NCBI GenBank assembly: GCA_964016885.1
Contig: OZ024741.1
Coordinates: forward strand, 390,538,001-390,602,000
Origin: Eledone cirrhosa
Lineage: Eukaryota
Reading direction: 5' to 3'
Length of the DNA stretch: 64,000 nucleotides
This document shows positions 37,727 to 51,664 of this stretch, in pieces. The translations under genes were made by a program, and so were the position numbers. Every line of letters begins with the position of its first letter. Position 1 is the first letter of the stretch. The notes under the pieces are model-generated. The model made no database searches, was not told the origin of the DNA, and was given only the letters and a program-made list of their open reading frames with translations.

Positions 37727-40700
37727 ATTATTTTAATGATTGTTTTGCCTTGCTCTCAGTGGCAGATGAGTTTTTTCCCCAACACTGCATAACACTAATC
37801 ATTGCAATCTTTTGTCATTTCCTTTATAAGGTTCAGCTTCTTAAGGCTAATTTTTATCACTTTGTCCCCCTGTGCCTTATGCTTTTCTTTGTTCTTAAAC
37901 TTTTGATTATTTGTTTCAACCAGGGGGGGGGGGGGGGGGGCTTGGTGTGAGTATATCACAGATGAGTTTACCTTGTGAGTGGTGGAGTGTTTGACTAAAT
38001 CATACTCAAAAGTGATGCCACTGAGTAGGATTTGCTGAAGAGAATCAATCTGACAATGACAAACAAATTTTGAAGTTTGATGCAAAATCCAGAGCGCAAA
38101 CCTGGCACAGCAAAAATAAGTCAAAACTTCCAGATTGTGTAGATCTGCAGCTGTCATTGACCATGTCTTCCAACCATAGAGGAGGACAGTGAAATTGAGC
38201 ATTCAATAAAGGTGGCCTTTTGTAGCCAGGTGGATCTCTGACTTAGACCAGAGCTGGTTATGACAGAATGCAGTACTTTTGTAGTTGATTCGAACATCTA
38301 TATAATTTTTACCTTGGCCTCTCAACACATTTAACATATATTATTATATCAAGAGACATTTTCACAATATTCCCCTTTCTTTCATCATCGTTATAAAAAA
38401 TAACTACTTAATATAATAATTCATTTGTGTCACAATGTTTCTTACATTGTTTCATTTTTCAAGATTTCTAATAATTAATGGATAGTTAAATGACACAGAA
38501 GGAGAGAATAACTCTGGGAATCCTATATATTAAGGTCATAACATTCTTCAATACAAACACCATAATATTACACTCATTTCTATCTTTGAGCTAAGTGGTT
38601 AAAAGTAGGAATAAAGAACCTAAACTTTCAAATGACAATTGTTAAAATATAAAATATTCCCTCATTGTATTGGTACCCCCATGGAAAAAGGGGAAGAGGA
38701 CATACCAAGATGAACTGGTGGCAGACAACTGACAGAGACACAAAACTATCAACAAAAGTTGGAACGATGTATTGATAGATGCAACTGACTTTGGTCATTG
38801 GAGCACTTTGGCTGCTACGTGTGTCTCAAGACACAGGAAGTTCTAAGTCCCACTTTATTTCAAAAATGAAGGGCTGGGGGGGTTGTCATTGAATTTTTTT
38901 TTTTTTCTCTTGGAAAATGATAAGGGTTCAAGGACTTATGATTACACTATTATTTTTTTTTATTATTTTGGACTCAAAATATAAAACTCCAGTAGCAATA
39001 CCATGACTTATTTTGTCCATTGCTCTAGCAAATCTGTTAATTCACTGCACTGGTGGATTAATTAATAATGATTTCATTTATCTGCTACAAAATATCATTA
39101 AACACTTCAAATGGAAACAAAATATATATATTTATGAAAGTAAAATAATTACTCTAACCTAGTTCAGTTTCTAATTTTCAAAAAACATATTTCCATTAAA
39201 TTAGAAAGAAAAAAAAGCTTTTTGCACATTCTCTATTTCTGAAGTTGGGAGCTTCCTGAAATCCACACTTAAACAAACAAGTGAACAGATTTCTACTCTC
39301 TTAGCATCAGTTTCACAATCAAAACAGGGAAAATAATTCCAAGTAAACATTTTTTCTTTTTATATATCATTCCAAACATCAGAAAATTGGTTTTAAAGAA
39401 GATGGAATTGAAATATACTATGTGGGAAAGATAGGTGAGAAATGTTCTAAATATGGTGCATTCATAAAGGAAAGGATTTCAAGGAGCTCAGAAAAATTCT
39501 CCAATCAAGTCAATGAATAGGTGCTACTACTACTACCCATTACCCATCCACTTCCTCAGCTTTAAAATGTTAACTTTAAACACTGATAAGGGTATCAAAT
39601 TTAGATATAACACTAGGATGTATAACACAGTTTTAGCTTTCAAAACATCCTAAGATGTAACAGGAACTAAAGGAAAAAAATCACAATACATTAGTTATGT
39701 ATACACATACAATACATGGTGGAGTCTTCACTTCCATCAATTACATTCAACTCACCTCTACAAATTAAAAAAGGGATTGAGCGACAAGATCCCAGACCTC
39801 ACTCGATGAGTGGGTAGAACTCATCAAATCAAACCAAGGAGACAATGTTTCCTTTGGTCTTTCTGTTGTTGATATTATCTACTGATCACAACTCCAAATT
39901 AGGAACTATAATTCATACAAAAATACATTTACAATAGAGTATACTTGCACTAGATGAAAGGAAAATCTTGCTTTCTAACATACAAATCAATTAAAATTAT
40001 GACCCACTACAGTTTCCATTGTTATTACTGTTCACATTTACACATACTATAGAAATATAACAGTAATATAACAATGCAGAATATGCTATCTTCAAGATAG
40101 TGTGTTTCCACTATATATATTTGTGCGAAATCATCAGCATAAAACCCAGTGACAATTTGTGAAGCTTTTCAGTTTCAATAAAATTTAATCTTCAATTCTA
40201 GAATTCTACCAGAGCTAATGTTTCCATAAACCTAGTTAAATAGGACAAACAAAGTATATATAATACAATTTAAGTAATTTAATTCCTTTCTTCCTTCACA
40301 GTGTCCTGAATATTTGGGTGACTAATGAAGGTGCATGGCCTAATGGTTAAGATACTTGTTGTATGATCGTAATGTTGTGGGTTCGATTCTTGGACAGGCT
40401 GATGCATTGTGTTCTTGAGCAAAATACTTTATTTCACGTTGCACCCAGTACACTCAGCTGAGATGAGTAACAGCAGTAGCTGGGGAGTTAAACCTTTGAT
40501 AGATCAGCATCCCGTCCAATCACTTAAAGCCAAGCAAACTGTGGTAAAAGCACCAGCCAGATGAGCTGTTAACTAACTTATCTTTAATGATTAATTTCTT
40601 TTTCACTCACTATTTTACATGAGAACAAATACATGCAGGCACAAACACACAGTGTTTAGAAGAGAGTACTGTTGGAATTATGAGATAGAAATGTAGGTGA

Positions 40701-40854
40701 CAAAAAGAAAAAAGAAAAACATTTATAAATTCTTAAACGAAGATAGATATGAGAAAGCCACTGGGGATAGAAACAAGTGTTGGAAGACACTGGGATCAAT
40801 GGATGGTGGGGGAGAAATGGTTTCATATGTATTTCTCCTTTCTAATGCTACATA

Positions 40855-41770
40855 TAGGCCTGCCTGAACTATATCTAGGGCGGTTAAAATTCCCAAGATC
40901 CATGGACAAGTTCTCTCCAGCGATCTGTCCTTCATCATCGCCACTATGTCCAGCGTCTCCCAGAGACCAGTGTCTGTCCTTAGGGCATTAACATATGTCA
41001 ACCTCGGTCTTCCTCTTCCAGTTTGTCTGTGTAGGGGCTCCCACAGGACCACTGAGTGCAGTGTCAACTCTGAATGTCAGTGAGCATATCCAGCTAACTT
41101 CAGTCTCCTCTGTGTCACTTTCAAACTGACTTTTGGGGGGCACCTGTACAGCTCTAAGTTCTTCATCTTCAGTGCATACTGATTAATGTTCAGTGCCATC
41201 CTTAGCATCCTCGTGTAGCACCCATCCACCATCTGAGTGAGTTTCTTGGTTAGTGTCCAAGTCTCAAAGTCCTACAGCGACACAGCCTCCACTATAGCGA
41301 TGAAGAGACGGATCTTCAGGTCTTTATGAAGGTCCAACTTCCACACCAACCTCAAACTGTGGCACACCAACCAGACTTTGCTCTTCCACTCCATCATATC
41401 ATCCTCTGTGTTCCAAATATTTGCTCCCAGATAAAGGAAGTTTTCAACCAGCTCCAGCAGCTTCCCACCCACATTCATAATGTTCTCTGGCTCCTTGATG
41501 TTCTATACCAGATATTTCGTCTTACTCTCATTCATTCTCAGTCCCACACTCATCGACAAGGTCTCCACCTCTCACATCAACTCCTCTGCTTCCTTCACTG
41601 TGTTTGTCACCAGAGCTATGTCGTCAGCAAATTCAGCATCTGATATCTTTTTAGCATTAACTCTCCTGCTCTGAGCTGGTGTTACATTAAAGCCCAAGTC
41701 CTGATGTTTCTCCAGTGCAAGGCACATACAATAGTTCACTGTCATGATGAAAAGGTAGGGAACCAACATA
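40855..41770 (-). mobile_element. RTE-clade LINE 3' part (RT), same family as 46338-46907
   Basis: PYLFI, DAEFADDIAL, VENFLYLGA, LWEPLH..TGRGRPRLTY. Confidence 0.9.
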
Positions 41771-42697
41771 CATTCTGCCTGAACTATACATTCTAAACAT
41801 GGAGTTCTAGTGGCAGAAGCTATTTGCATACTATGTTTTGCCTTCTAGCATATCCTAGCATTCCTTATCAATCTGTCTGAACCTCCACATGCAAACATGG
41901 AAGTGTTTTATTATAGGCATATACACATAGTGGTATACACAAAACCTATCTTTAGAGTTTTCATGTTCCTAATCATTTTTTACTATAAAGTAGAATGACG
42001 TCATGGTCTTTAAGAATTGAATTTGTAACAAAAATTTCAGCAAAAGCTTTTGTTTAAGAGGTGCTGCCAGGAGTTGTGACCGGTAGATAGCCTCAGCAAT
42101 AGAAATATTGTTTCCTTGGTCAAATTTGATGAGTTCCAGCCCATTCAGTAAGCGAATGATGTCTGGGGTATCGTTGATTGAACTCTATGTTGTTAAAAGC
42201 TACGTTAAAAAAAGGGTGAATTCTCCTAGCTTACAAAAAGCATAGCAACAGCTGCAGAAATATTCATGTGCTGACTTAGTTACTGTTTACTATTTCTCTT
42301 CTCTCTCTCTCTGACCCATAATTCCTCATGTTATAGGGGCACCAGCATGGGTATTTTAAACCTAGCAGAGCCCATGCCCTCTACAGATCTAAACACACCC
42401 ATTTTTTTACACGGGGAGAGAGGGAGAAAGAGGAAGTGCAACAGAGATACAGCGGAAGAATTGACCCTATTATTCGACTGGTACTTTTTTTATTGACCTC
42501 AAAAGCATAAAAAGTAAAATTGACTTCAGTGGGATTTAAACTCAAAGAGTGCACAGAACTCAAACAAAGTTTTAACAACTTCTAAAATCAAAAGAAAAAC
42601 ATTTCACCAATATAGCATTTCTTTTAAATCTACTTATGGTAAGAATAGCCTAACTAATTTCATACAAAACAGTTTGAAAATAATAGCTATAAATGAA

Positions 42698-43040
42698 TGG
42701 AGGCACATGGCTTAGTGGTTAGAGCATTGGCCTTGCAATCGAAAGGTTGTGAGTTCAATTCTCAGACCGGGTGATGTGTTGTTTCCTTGAGCAAGACACT
42801 TTATTTCACATTGCTCCAGTTTACTCAGCTGTAGAAATGAGATGATAGGACTGGGGTCCCTATCATTCCACTGCAAAGTGGTTGTGGAGGTGCCACGGCA
42901 AAAAAGCACCCACCACTCACTGTAAATGAGGTTGGTGTTAGGAAGGGCATCCAGCTGTAGAAATCAAGCCAGAATCAGTTTCTGTCCCACCCTTGCAAGC
43001 AGGGAAAAGTGGACGTAAAATGATGATGATGATGATGATG
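42698..43040 (+). mobile_element. Composite SINE: tRNA head + CORE-like segment + second module + RTE 3' tail (GAT)n
   Basis: A-box TGGCTTAGTGG, B-box GAGTTCAATTCT, CCTTGAGCAAGACACTTTATTTC, GTTGG..TTAGGAAGGGCATCCAGCTGTAGAAA, tail GGAAAAGTGGACGTAAAATGATGATG. Confidence 0.85.
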
Positions 43041-45249
43041 AATGCATAATATGGTAGGGCATATTTAGCTTCAAGCCAACCCTGAAAGAACAAACGTATG
43101 ATGAAAGGTATTCCAGGTGTGACTATCTCATCATATTTTTAAATATCCTACATTCTAGAACTACATTATGTAACTATCTATTTATTCATCTATTTATTTA
43201 ACCAATTCAAAAGCATGACAGACTAGAGCAAGTATTTAGTACTCCTTACAATTGAGAAACAAAAAAAACAAGATATACAAAGACAAGTGGATATAAAAAT
43301 AAAAATAAAAATAAAAAAAATAAATAAAATTAAAAATTTAAATAGGAAAGGCCAATGAGAAGCAAAATAAGCATTTAGAAAAAAAAGATAAAGAAAAAAT
43401 AGGAAACAATATAAGCTGTAAAGCAGCTAGGAGGTTTTTTAATCTGTTCATACCCTCCATGTACAAAGATTTTGTTTGTAGATGGTAGATCTTTTATAAT
43501 ATATTGTATCTCCAATTTTGGTACTGTTTTAATGATCGACATCAAGCTGACCTTCCTTTCTGATTGATAGTTTCTACACTGGAACAAATAGTGCCAAAGT
43601 AGTATTCATACTTTTCCTTCTTAAGATGGTAGGATGTGATTTGCAAATTTGGCTGTTATTTTTTAGCAGGTTAAGGAATGTCATAAAAGCTGCCTCATGA
43701 CAGGTCAAGTGAAAGAGTGTGACATTTATGATATGATATAATTTTTCTTGCAGGTGCAATGTCAAATGAGACGTAAACCTGCTATGTGGCAAGGTTTCAA
43801 CTAATGACCCACAGAGAACATGATCCTTCTTCTCTATCCACATAACCAGTAAATCAATACATTCTTTCAATTATACTGTCTAAGTCTAGATACCTAAACC
43901 AACCACCCTAAAATCAACATTAACTGTTCAGCCACAATATTTTAAAAGTTAAATAATTAACTCATTCATATTGGTTAATACATCTAGCTGACTGAAATTT
44001 GTTCATGTAATAGAAACTAAGAACTAAACTATTATTGTTCATTATAATGCAATACCTAGTGAGCAAAAGAATATGGTGAGAAAGTGTCTATATGAATAAT
44101 AGATGATATTCAATAGTCAGAAAACAACATGTAACCCACTTAGTGCCAAACTGCTAACAGTGAAAGATACAAAATTCATTAAAGATACAAAAGATTTAGT
44201 GAAAAAAAATGATATATTTCTATAAAAACATTTAGTGTGAAAAATGATGTCATCCTCATCATCCTTGTTTTAATGTCCCCTTTCCCTGCTAACAAGAGTT
44301 GTATGGGTCTACCAAGTGCAGAGAAGAGGTTGTCATGTTTTTGACACTACTGAAGGTCCTCCCAACCCTTTGTTTAGAAAGCTTTCTACAGTTGGGTGCC
44401 ATTCCTATCACCAACCACTTTACAGCATGTACTGGATGCTTTTATGGTGTAGGTCATCAACACTAGGGCAGCTGTCATATCCTTGGCATGATTGAGAGGT
44501 CCTGTCACCCCTTTGTTTGGCAAGCTTTCTACAGCTGGATGCTCTTCCTATCAATAGTATTTATATTAAAACATTTAGTGTGAAAAATTATATATAAATA
44601 TTTAGTGCATTTTAAAACATTTTTATTTTTCATGCATTTGTACATGCATGCTTAATGTAGGCTGTGTATTTCATGCATAGAAATCTTCACTAAATGTGAA
44701 TAATTTCTTTAGTACAGACTTTTACTGTAAAAGTAAAATGATTCAATATCTCTGTCATAGCAGTTCAAGTAATTCCCACCTACTTTGTGACAATAGATTT
44801 CAGAGGTACTACAATAAAATTTCAGTGATGCTTCAATAAAAGTTCATTGGTGTTGTAATAAAATGTCATTGGTGCCACAGTAAAATGCACCCAGTACACT
44901 CTGTAAAGTGGTTGGTGATTAAACAGAAACTATAAAGATAGAGAGGACTTGTCAAGTACATGACAACCTCTCTAATGCTTGTACCATGATACATTGCACC
45001 CTGTACACTCTGAAAAGTGGTTGATATTAGAAAGGCCATCCAGTCTTAGAAACCATGTCAAATATGGAAATCACATGCAAGATGTGGTTTTCCAACTAAA
45101 CTTGTCTCTGACCCTGATGACCCATCCAACACATGCTAGCACAGAGAGTGGACATATGATGGTGGTGATGGTTGCCAGTATCCTGTATGGCGCTTTACAG
45201 TGGACACAACAAAAAGCACCCTTTTCAACCTGTCAGCTGGTCATTTTCA

Positions 45250-45832
45250 TGGCAAAATAAAAAGCACCCAATCCATGCTGTAAATGTCGTTGGCATAAGA
45301 AGGGCATCCAGCCATAGAAACCAAGCTAGAAAGAGTTCTGTATGAGCAAGGCACAGTCATCTGACCTGACTTGTCACACAACGGGACAACTCATCTAACC
45401 CCTTCTAGCATGGAAAATGGGTGTTAAACAGTGATGATGATGATTATATATATATATTTTGTTTCGTAAGATCTCCTTTGTAAGGTAACATCTGGAGATT
45501 TAGTATAATAAATAAGAGAGAGGATTTTATTCGAATAAATAAAGATGTACGAATAAAGCCATCTCTCTTATTTATATATATATGTGTATATAACCCATGC
45601 TTGCATGGAAAATAGACAATAAACAATAGTGATGAAGATCATCATCATCATCGTTGTTTAACGTCCACTTTCCATGCTAGCATGGGTTAGACGGGTTGTC
45701 CCATTTCAGGCAAATTGGGTTGGGTGACTGTGTGCTGCTCATATAAAACTGTTTCTGGCAAGGTTTTTCCAGCTGGATGCCCTTCCTAATGCCAACCACA
45801 TTTACAGTGTGTGCTGGGTGCTTTTTGCCATG
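45250..45832. repeat. Tail-to-tail inverted pair of SINE 3' modules (45250-45444 +, 45638-45832 -)
   Basis: ~190-bp arms reverse-complementary by eye, ~190-bp spacer. Confidence 0.85.
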
Positions 45833-46259
45833 ACTCCTACATGACCACTTTACAGTGACACACACACACAATGATGACATATATAATAAAGTAGGTGCTT
45901 ATATGCTGGGTGGCAAAGTTAAATGTATACTGTAACTTGCTAAAATTAAACACAGACTATTGAAAAGAAGGAAGCTTCTTACTTCTACTCTAATTCTGGA
46001 TACAATCTATTAACCCTTTAAGCTCTAATCACAAGATATTAATCTCTAACCTCAAGACAGCTAAAATGTTGCAGTGCATATATAATGAGACAACTCATGT
46101 AAGCAACAAGCCTTCTGACAACTGGTCATGGATTGTTATGTCATCGCTGTAGACTTCCTTGTAAAACTCTATATTATTGGCTTATATATTTACTTCATAA
46201 GGAAATTTCATATATTGACCAAACTGGAAACATTTTACAATTATTAACTTTTAACATAG

Positions 46260-47010
46260 GGCAGTGAATTGACAGTATTGGTAGAGCATCGTCGGGCAAC
46301 ATACTTTGTGGCATATAGTTATGGTCCTTTATATTCTCTGTATTTGGGAGCAAAGATTGGGAATACGGAAGATGATGTGGTTGAGAGGAAGAGCAAGGCT
46401 TGGGCGGCGTGCCACAGCTTGAGATCGGTGTGGAAGTCGGACCTTCGTAGAGACCTGAAAATCCGCCTCTTCATTGCTGTAGTGGAGTCTGTGCTGCTGT
46501 ATGGGTCTGAGACTTGGACACTGACCAAGAAACTCACTCAGATGGTGGATGGGTGCTACACGAGAATGCTGAGGATGGCTCTGAACATTAATCAGTATAC
46601 ACTGAGGATGAAAAACTCAGAGCTGTATGGGAGCATCCCAAAAGTCAGCTCAAAAGTGACACAGAGGAGACTGAGGTTAGCTGGACATGCTCACCGACAT
46701 CCAGAGTTGACATTGCACTCAGTGCTCCTTTGGGAACCCCTACATGGACACACTAGAAGAGGAAGACTAAGGTTAACGTATGTTGATGCCCTAAGGACAG
46801 ACACTGGTCTGTTGGAGACGCGGGACATGGCAGCGATAATGAAGGACAGAGACCGCTGGAGAGAACTCGTCCATGGATCTCGTGAATTTTACCCGCCTTA
46901 GATATAGATATTCTGAGTTCAAATCTCGCCAGGGAGGCTTTGCTTTTCATCCTTACAGGGGTCAATAAAGTAAAACCCCAAAACTGTTGGCCCTGTGCCT
47001 AAATCAGTAA
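46260..47010 (+). mobile_element. SINE family A interrupted by a 5'-truncated RTE LINE (46338-46907) with TSD ATATTCT
   Basis: SINE head 46260-46337 resumes at ~46915 (GAGTTCAAATC); LINE frame open to its stop at 46901 (VLLYGSETWTL...RRLRLAGH); TSD 46331-46337 and 46908-46914. Confidence 0.9.
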
Positions 47011-48280
47011 CTGTTAGCATGTCATTTTAATAGATAATAGCTAAATTGAGAGAATTTAGTCTCAAATACTTTTTTGAAAATAAAGCATACTACATCACCG
47101 ACAGCTGAGTCTGGAGACAGGATTTGAAATTATTTTTTCTTTCTCCAAATACTGAACATAATGAGAAAAATGTTTTAATTTTTCTTAATATTACACAAAT
47201 ATTAGTACTTCTGATGTTAGTTGTAATGAGCAAGGCTCTGTCATCTGAGGTCAACTTTCATTCATTCGAGGTCAATGAAAAAAAAGTACCAGTCTAGTAC
47301 AAGGGTTGATTCTTCCTCTATATCTCTTTCTCATTCTCTATTCTTCTCTGGAAGAAACCCGGAGAATGACGGGCTCTACAAGACTTAAAATTACCCAAGA
47401 AACACTGTATGCCACTACAGTGTTCCTACGACTCCATCAGGAGTTTCAGAACCATACCATGCACTGCCATAAATACCCCACATAAAAATACATTTATATA
47501 AAATTATATCTGAAGTGATAAATATATATTCCAGATGTATGGAATATTGCCCCAACAGAAAATGATTGAAGAAATTATTAAATGATTGGCGATAAAGTTA
47601 AAAGAGTTTCTAAGATGCCCTAACATCATTTTATTTCCATTTTCAATGTTGGCATGAATATGGAACCATAATCCGTAGTGCGTGGAGCTCTGTTTTCTTT
47701 CCAACTAACTAAAAATGTTATTACTGTTAGGCCATTCGACTTTAGGCCCCGCTTCCATGTTTGGAACCTTTTCTCCTGTAATTTAACTGATTCGTCTATA
47801 AGAATTAGGTTGACAGCACACAGCAGTTCTCAATTTTAAATTCTTCTATGTTGTATTTTGGTCTGAATGACAGGAAGGAGATGAGATCTTACCCATGATG
47901 GACATATACCTGCATATTTAATTCTGCACTGACATTGTTACTAACATACATCATTAACAGCACCCATGTAGAAAGCTTGCACACATTTTCTCATAAACCA
48001 ACAGACAACAGAGTGTGGTACTCCATAAAAGCATTCTCCAAGTCAATGAATGCTAATAAGTGGCTCCTCATCAGGGAACAACCCAAATCTACACCTCACC
48101 AAACTACATCTCATTTAAGTTAATTCTCAACCTGATTAACTCTTGATGACCGGTACTGCATGAAACCATGTTAGCAAGGCGGCCTTCCAAAGTACAATAT
48201 AGCACAATAACTGCATTACATAAAAAATTGAAGTCATAACTCTAGTTTACTGCAATTTTTCACAATGAATTGTCAACTAG

Positions 48281-49048
48281 TCATCATCATTATCGTCATC
48301 ATTTTACGTCTGCTTTTCCCTGCTTGCAAGGGTTGGACGGGTCCTATTCAGCACAGCATCTCTCTACTTGTCTCGGTCCTTCATCATCTCCTCGGTGAGT
48401 TTCAGCGATCTGAGGTCTGCTCTCACCACCTCCGCCCATGTTTTTCGTGGTCTACCTCTACTGGGATTTCTTGGCACTTCTTTACCCAGCGGTCATCCTC
48501 CATGCGCATCACATGTCCATACCATCTCAGCCTTCTCTCCTGCCTCCACAGCTTATACCTCTTATACCCAGTTTCTTTCTCAACTTGTCTATGCTTGGTC
48601 GTTCAAGCACATTGACACTGCACATCCAACAGAGCATACTTGCTTCATTTCTCTCCAGCTGTCGCATATCCTCTGCAGCTGCTGCCCATGTCTCACTACT
48701 ATGCAGCATCGCGCATCTCACACAGGCATCGCGCATCTCACACAGGTATCATATAACCGTCCTTTCGTACACAGGGAGAAACCCTTCTTTGTCAACAGAG
48801 GAAGCAGCGCCCTAAACTTCTTCCAACCCGTCCTTATTCTAGTTACTATGGCCTCGGAACACCCCCCTCCCATGCTAATCTGATCACCTAGGTACCGGAA
48901 GCTATCAACCACTTCTATAGAACCCACCTGCATTGGGAAAATGTGTCTATCACTGCGATTACTACTGTCAAATTTCCCTGTACATCTACTGCATATGTAG
49001 TTTTCCCTACCTGTTAGTTTGCCTGTTATCCCACTACATCTCTTGTGT
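48281..49048 (-). mobile_element. RTE LINE 3' part (family of 5552-7622) with intact 3' tail
   Basis: HKRCSGITGKL...YICSRC, FRYLGDQI, MLH.SETW; ends GGAAAAGCAGACGTAAAATGATGACG; internal 20-bp tandem duplication at ~48706-48745. Confidence 0.92.
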
Positions 49049-50139
49049 AGAATTAACACACCCATTTTTAGATATTTTCCCTGCTAAATCATTACAGGAT
49101 GTTAATAGCTAACTGTATACTTTCATAAGTTGAACCATAAATTGGAGGCCTCTATAATTGCTTATTTCTGAAACATCAAATTTACCCTTGCAACAGTTAC
49201 TGACAATACTGATATGCTAATCATTGAGAAAAGCAGCTCACATAGACATGATCTCTTGGCCCATTTATTAGGAGTGTAACACCAATTGAGTACTGACTTG
49301 GTCTGTAATGGCCTGTCTAACATACTAGCATGGAAAAACAAATGTCATAATTTGGAAAACCACACAGTTTATACTTATGGTGCAGAAAATTAGCAGACTT
49401 TTTCAGTTTCAGCTTACTAGATATATAGCTACTATGTTCTCTAATAGCTTATCATTTTGGTTCTGTGAAACAAAACTGCTGATCTTAAAGGGTTCCTATT
49501 TAGATTTAAATATTCCAGGATAATTTTATACAAAAACCATATGTTAAGTTAAAAATCTTAGTAAATAAATTAATAATTTTAATCAATCCTTCAAAATTCT
49601 CTATTAATGTATTGAATTTGAGTGTATTTCATTAGAATCACAATCACAAAAAGGTTAACAGTGTTTATAACTCACATATGAATTGTTCTATTGAAGCTAT
49701 GATTAGTTATAAGGAGTACTTTGTATTTCAACTATATGTCCCATTAATATCTACAAAACGAGATATCAAAGCCTCGGTTCTAACTGATATATATATATAT
49801 ACACTGGTTACATAATTATCGTGCAAATATATACTGAAAAAAAAAAAAAGAAAACATAATAACTCTGAAGAAAATCTCAGAGAGAATGAGAGAGAGTCAT
49901 AATGGATTTGATGGGACCTCTGCTAATATTTAGGCCATCATGTTTGTGGTAGTTGTTTTTTTCTTCTCCAAAAACTTTGGGAGCAAATAATAGTAACTTG
50001 TGCAACCAAACAGACTTGAGATGCTCAGAGGTAGTGAAATTTTATTTTTAAAAAAAAAAAACATGACTATGACCAATACAAAAAAAGGATTGATTTGTTA
50101 CTCGAATTTTCAGAGACAAGAAAAATTTACTCTTCATAT

Positions 50140-50575
50140 TTCTTCTTCACATCAGTTACTGTTGCCATAATGAAGTTCCTCCTCCAGCTCACTCTATCCA
50201 GCATTACCATCTGAATTTCCCCCATGTCTCCAACCTAGTGTCATCTTCAAGAACATCCTTCAATGTGACAGTTGGTTTCCCAACTCGTCTGCACACATCA
50301 GGTTTCCAGAAAAGAACTCTCCCAGCAGGTTTATTGTGATGTTTCACACATACAGTTAATGCAAGCCTCCTACACCTTATGATGTCAAAAAGGTGAGGGT
50401 GTGAACCATAGAGCAATTTATCTGCTACATATGTTTTCCAGGATATGTTCTGGACCATTTTCAGCATTTGCGTGAATATGCCATTAATCCTCTTTGTGAG
50501 TGTTTTTCTTAGTGACAATGACTCATATCCATAGAGGAAGATGGACTCAACCATTGTTTTGAATATCCTAATTTT
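50140..50575 (-). mobile_element. Old RTE-clade LINE 3' fragment
   Basis: KIRIFKTMVESIFLYG.E, RRLAL..., VLFWKP. Confidence 0.75.
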
Positions 50576-51541
50576 ACAAATATAAATGCAGATACAAACA
50601 AAGTATGACATCAAAGACAACTTGAAAAAAAAGTCATTCATCCTAATGTCATCAAACTTTACAAGTACATAAATAAATAGGATAGATTTTATGGATTATT
50701 TAGGGTCAAATGATTGTGTAAGAAGAAAGTATATGAAATGGTAGAGATGAGTTGACTATTTTAGTCATATGTATGTATTGTTAATGCCTATGCACTGATG
50801 TTTCTGAGTGACAATCACTCAGTATCAACAGCAACATGTGGCAATGTAAACAATGTCAATTAGGATAGCTTGTCTGTTTCTTGAAAGTTTCAGATCTGGA
50901 TGAAAAAGGAAAGTAAAAGTCTTTTCCTAGTGCTAAATACACAAAACTGGCCAGATAACTCAGAAAACAGAGTAAATGTTGTGAACAAATTGCTGGTTAT
51001 AACAATTGCCAAATAAACTTACATGTTAATTTGGTTTAAACTATACAACATGGCTAATTTTACTGAAGTAAATTTTTAGGGGTGTTTTTCCCCATTATTA
51101 TTATAAATTTCTTATTTGTGTATATATTAATATTTTATACTACTGATTTTCATTACTTAGGAGAGCTGGACAACAGAAGGTCTTCAGAGAAGAACCCCAC
51201 CATCCCAAACAAGTGTTTCGGCCCTTCACTTTTTATTTGTTTGCATTACATTTTGCCCAAAATTATGTATTATATTCTCAAGCAAACTAAATTATTTTTA
51301 CATCATCTGAAAGTTTTATTTATAAAATGCAGGGCCCAAATATGGCTTTGGTCTAATGACTGACACCAGTAAAAGAATGAAAGAAATTGATAAAATTGAA
51401 GCATTAGAAGAGTTTATCTAAAATAGAGAATTGAAAAATGTTAATCAGTTCTTGTTTTAGCCCATCCCAACTAAAGCCATGCTGGAACACTGGCTTTAGA
51501 CAATGTAAATAAGTTTTAAACAAGCAATTTAATGTACCTAC

Positions 51542-51664
51542 CTTTTTATATGTCACAACACCTGATTCATCAACTCTCCGATGACCAATTTTCTTTTCGC
51601 GATCCCTAGCCGTCCCCAACGAAGGAGTTTTTGGTCCATGAACTGGTCCCATGGGAATATGAGT
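51542..51664 (-). CDS. PIP5K1: PIP5K1 coding exon (123 nt, phase 0-0): THIPMGPVHGPKTPSLGTARDREKKIGHRRVDESGVVTYKK
   Basis: Acceptor ttttcag, donor AAG|gtaggt; KIGHRRVD..G..TYKK motif of type I PIP kinases. Confidence 0.93.
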
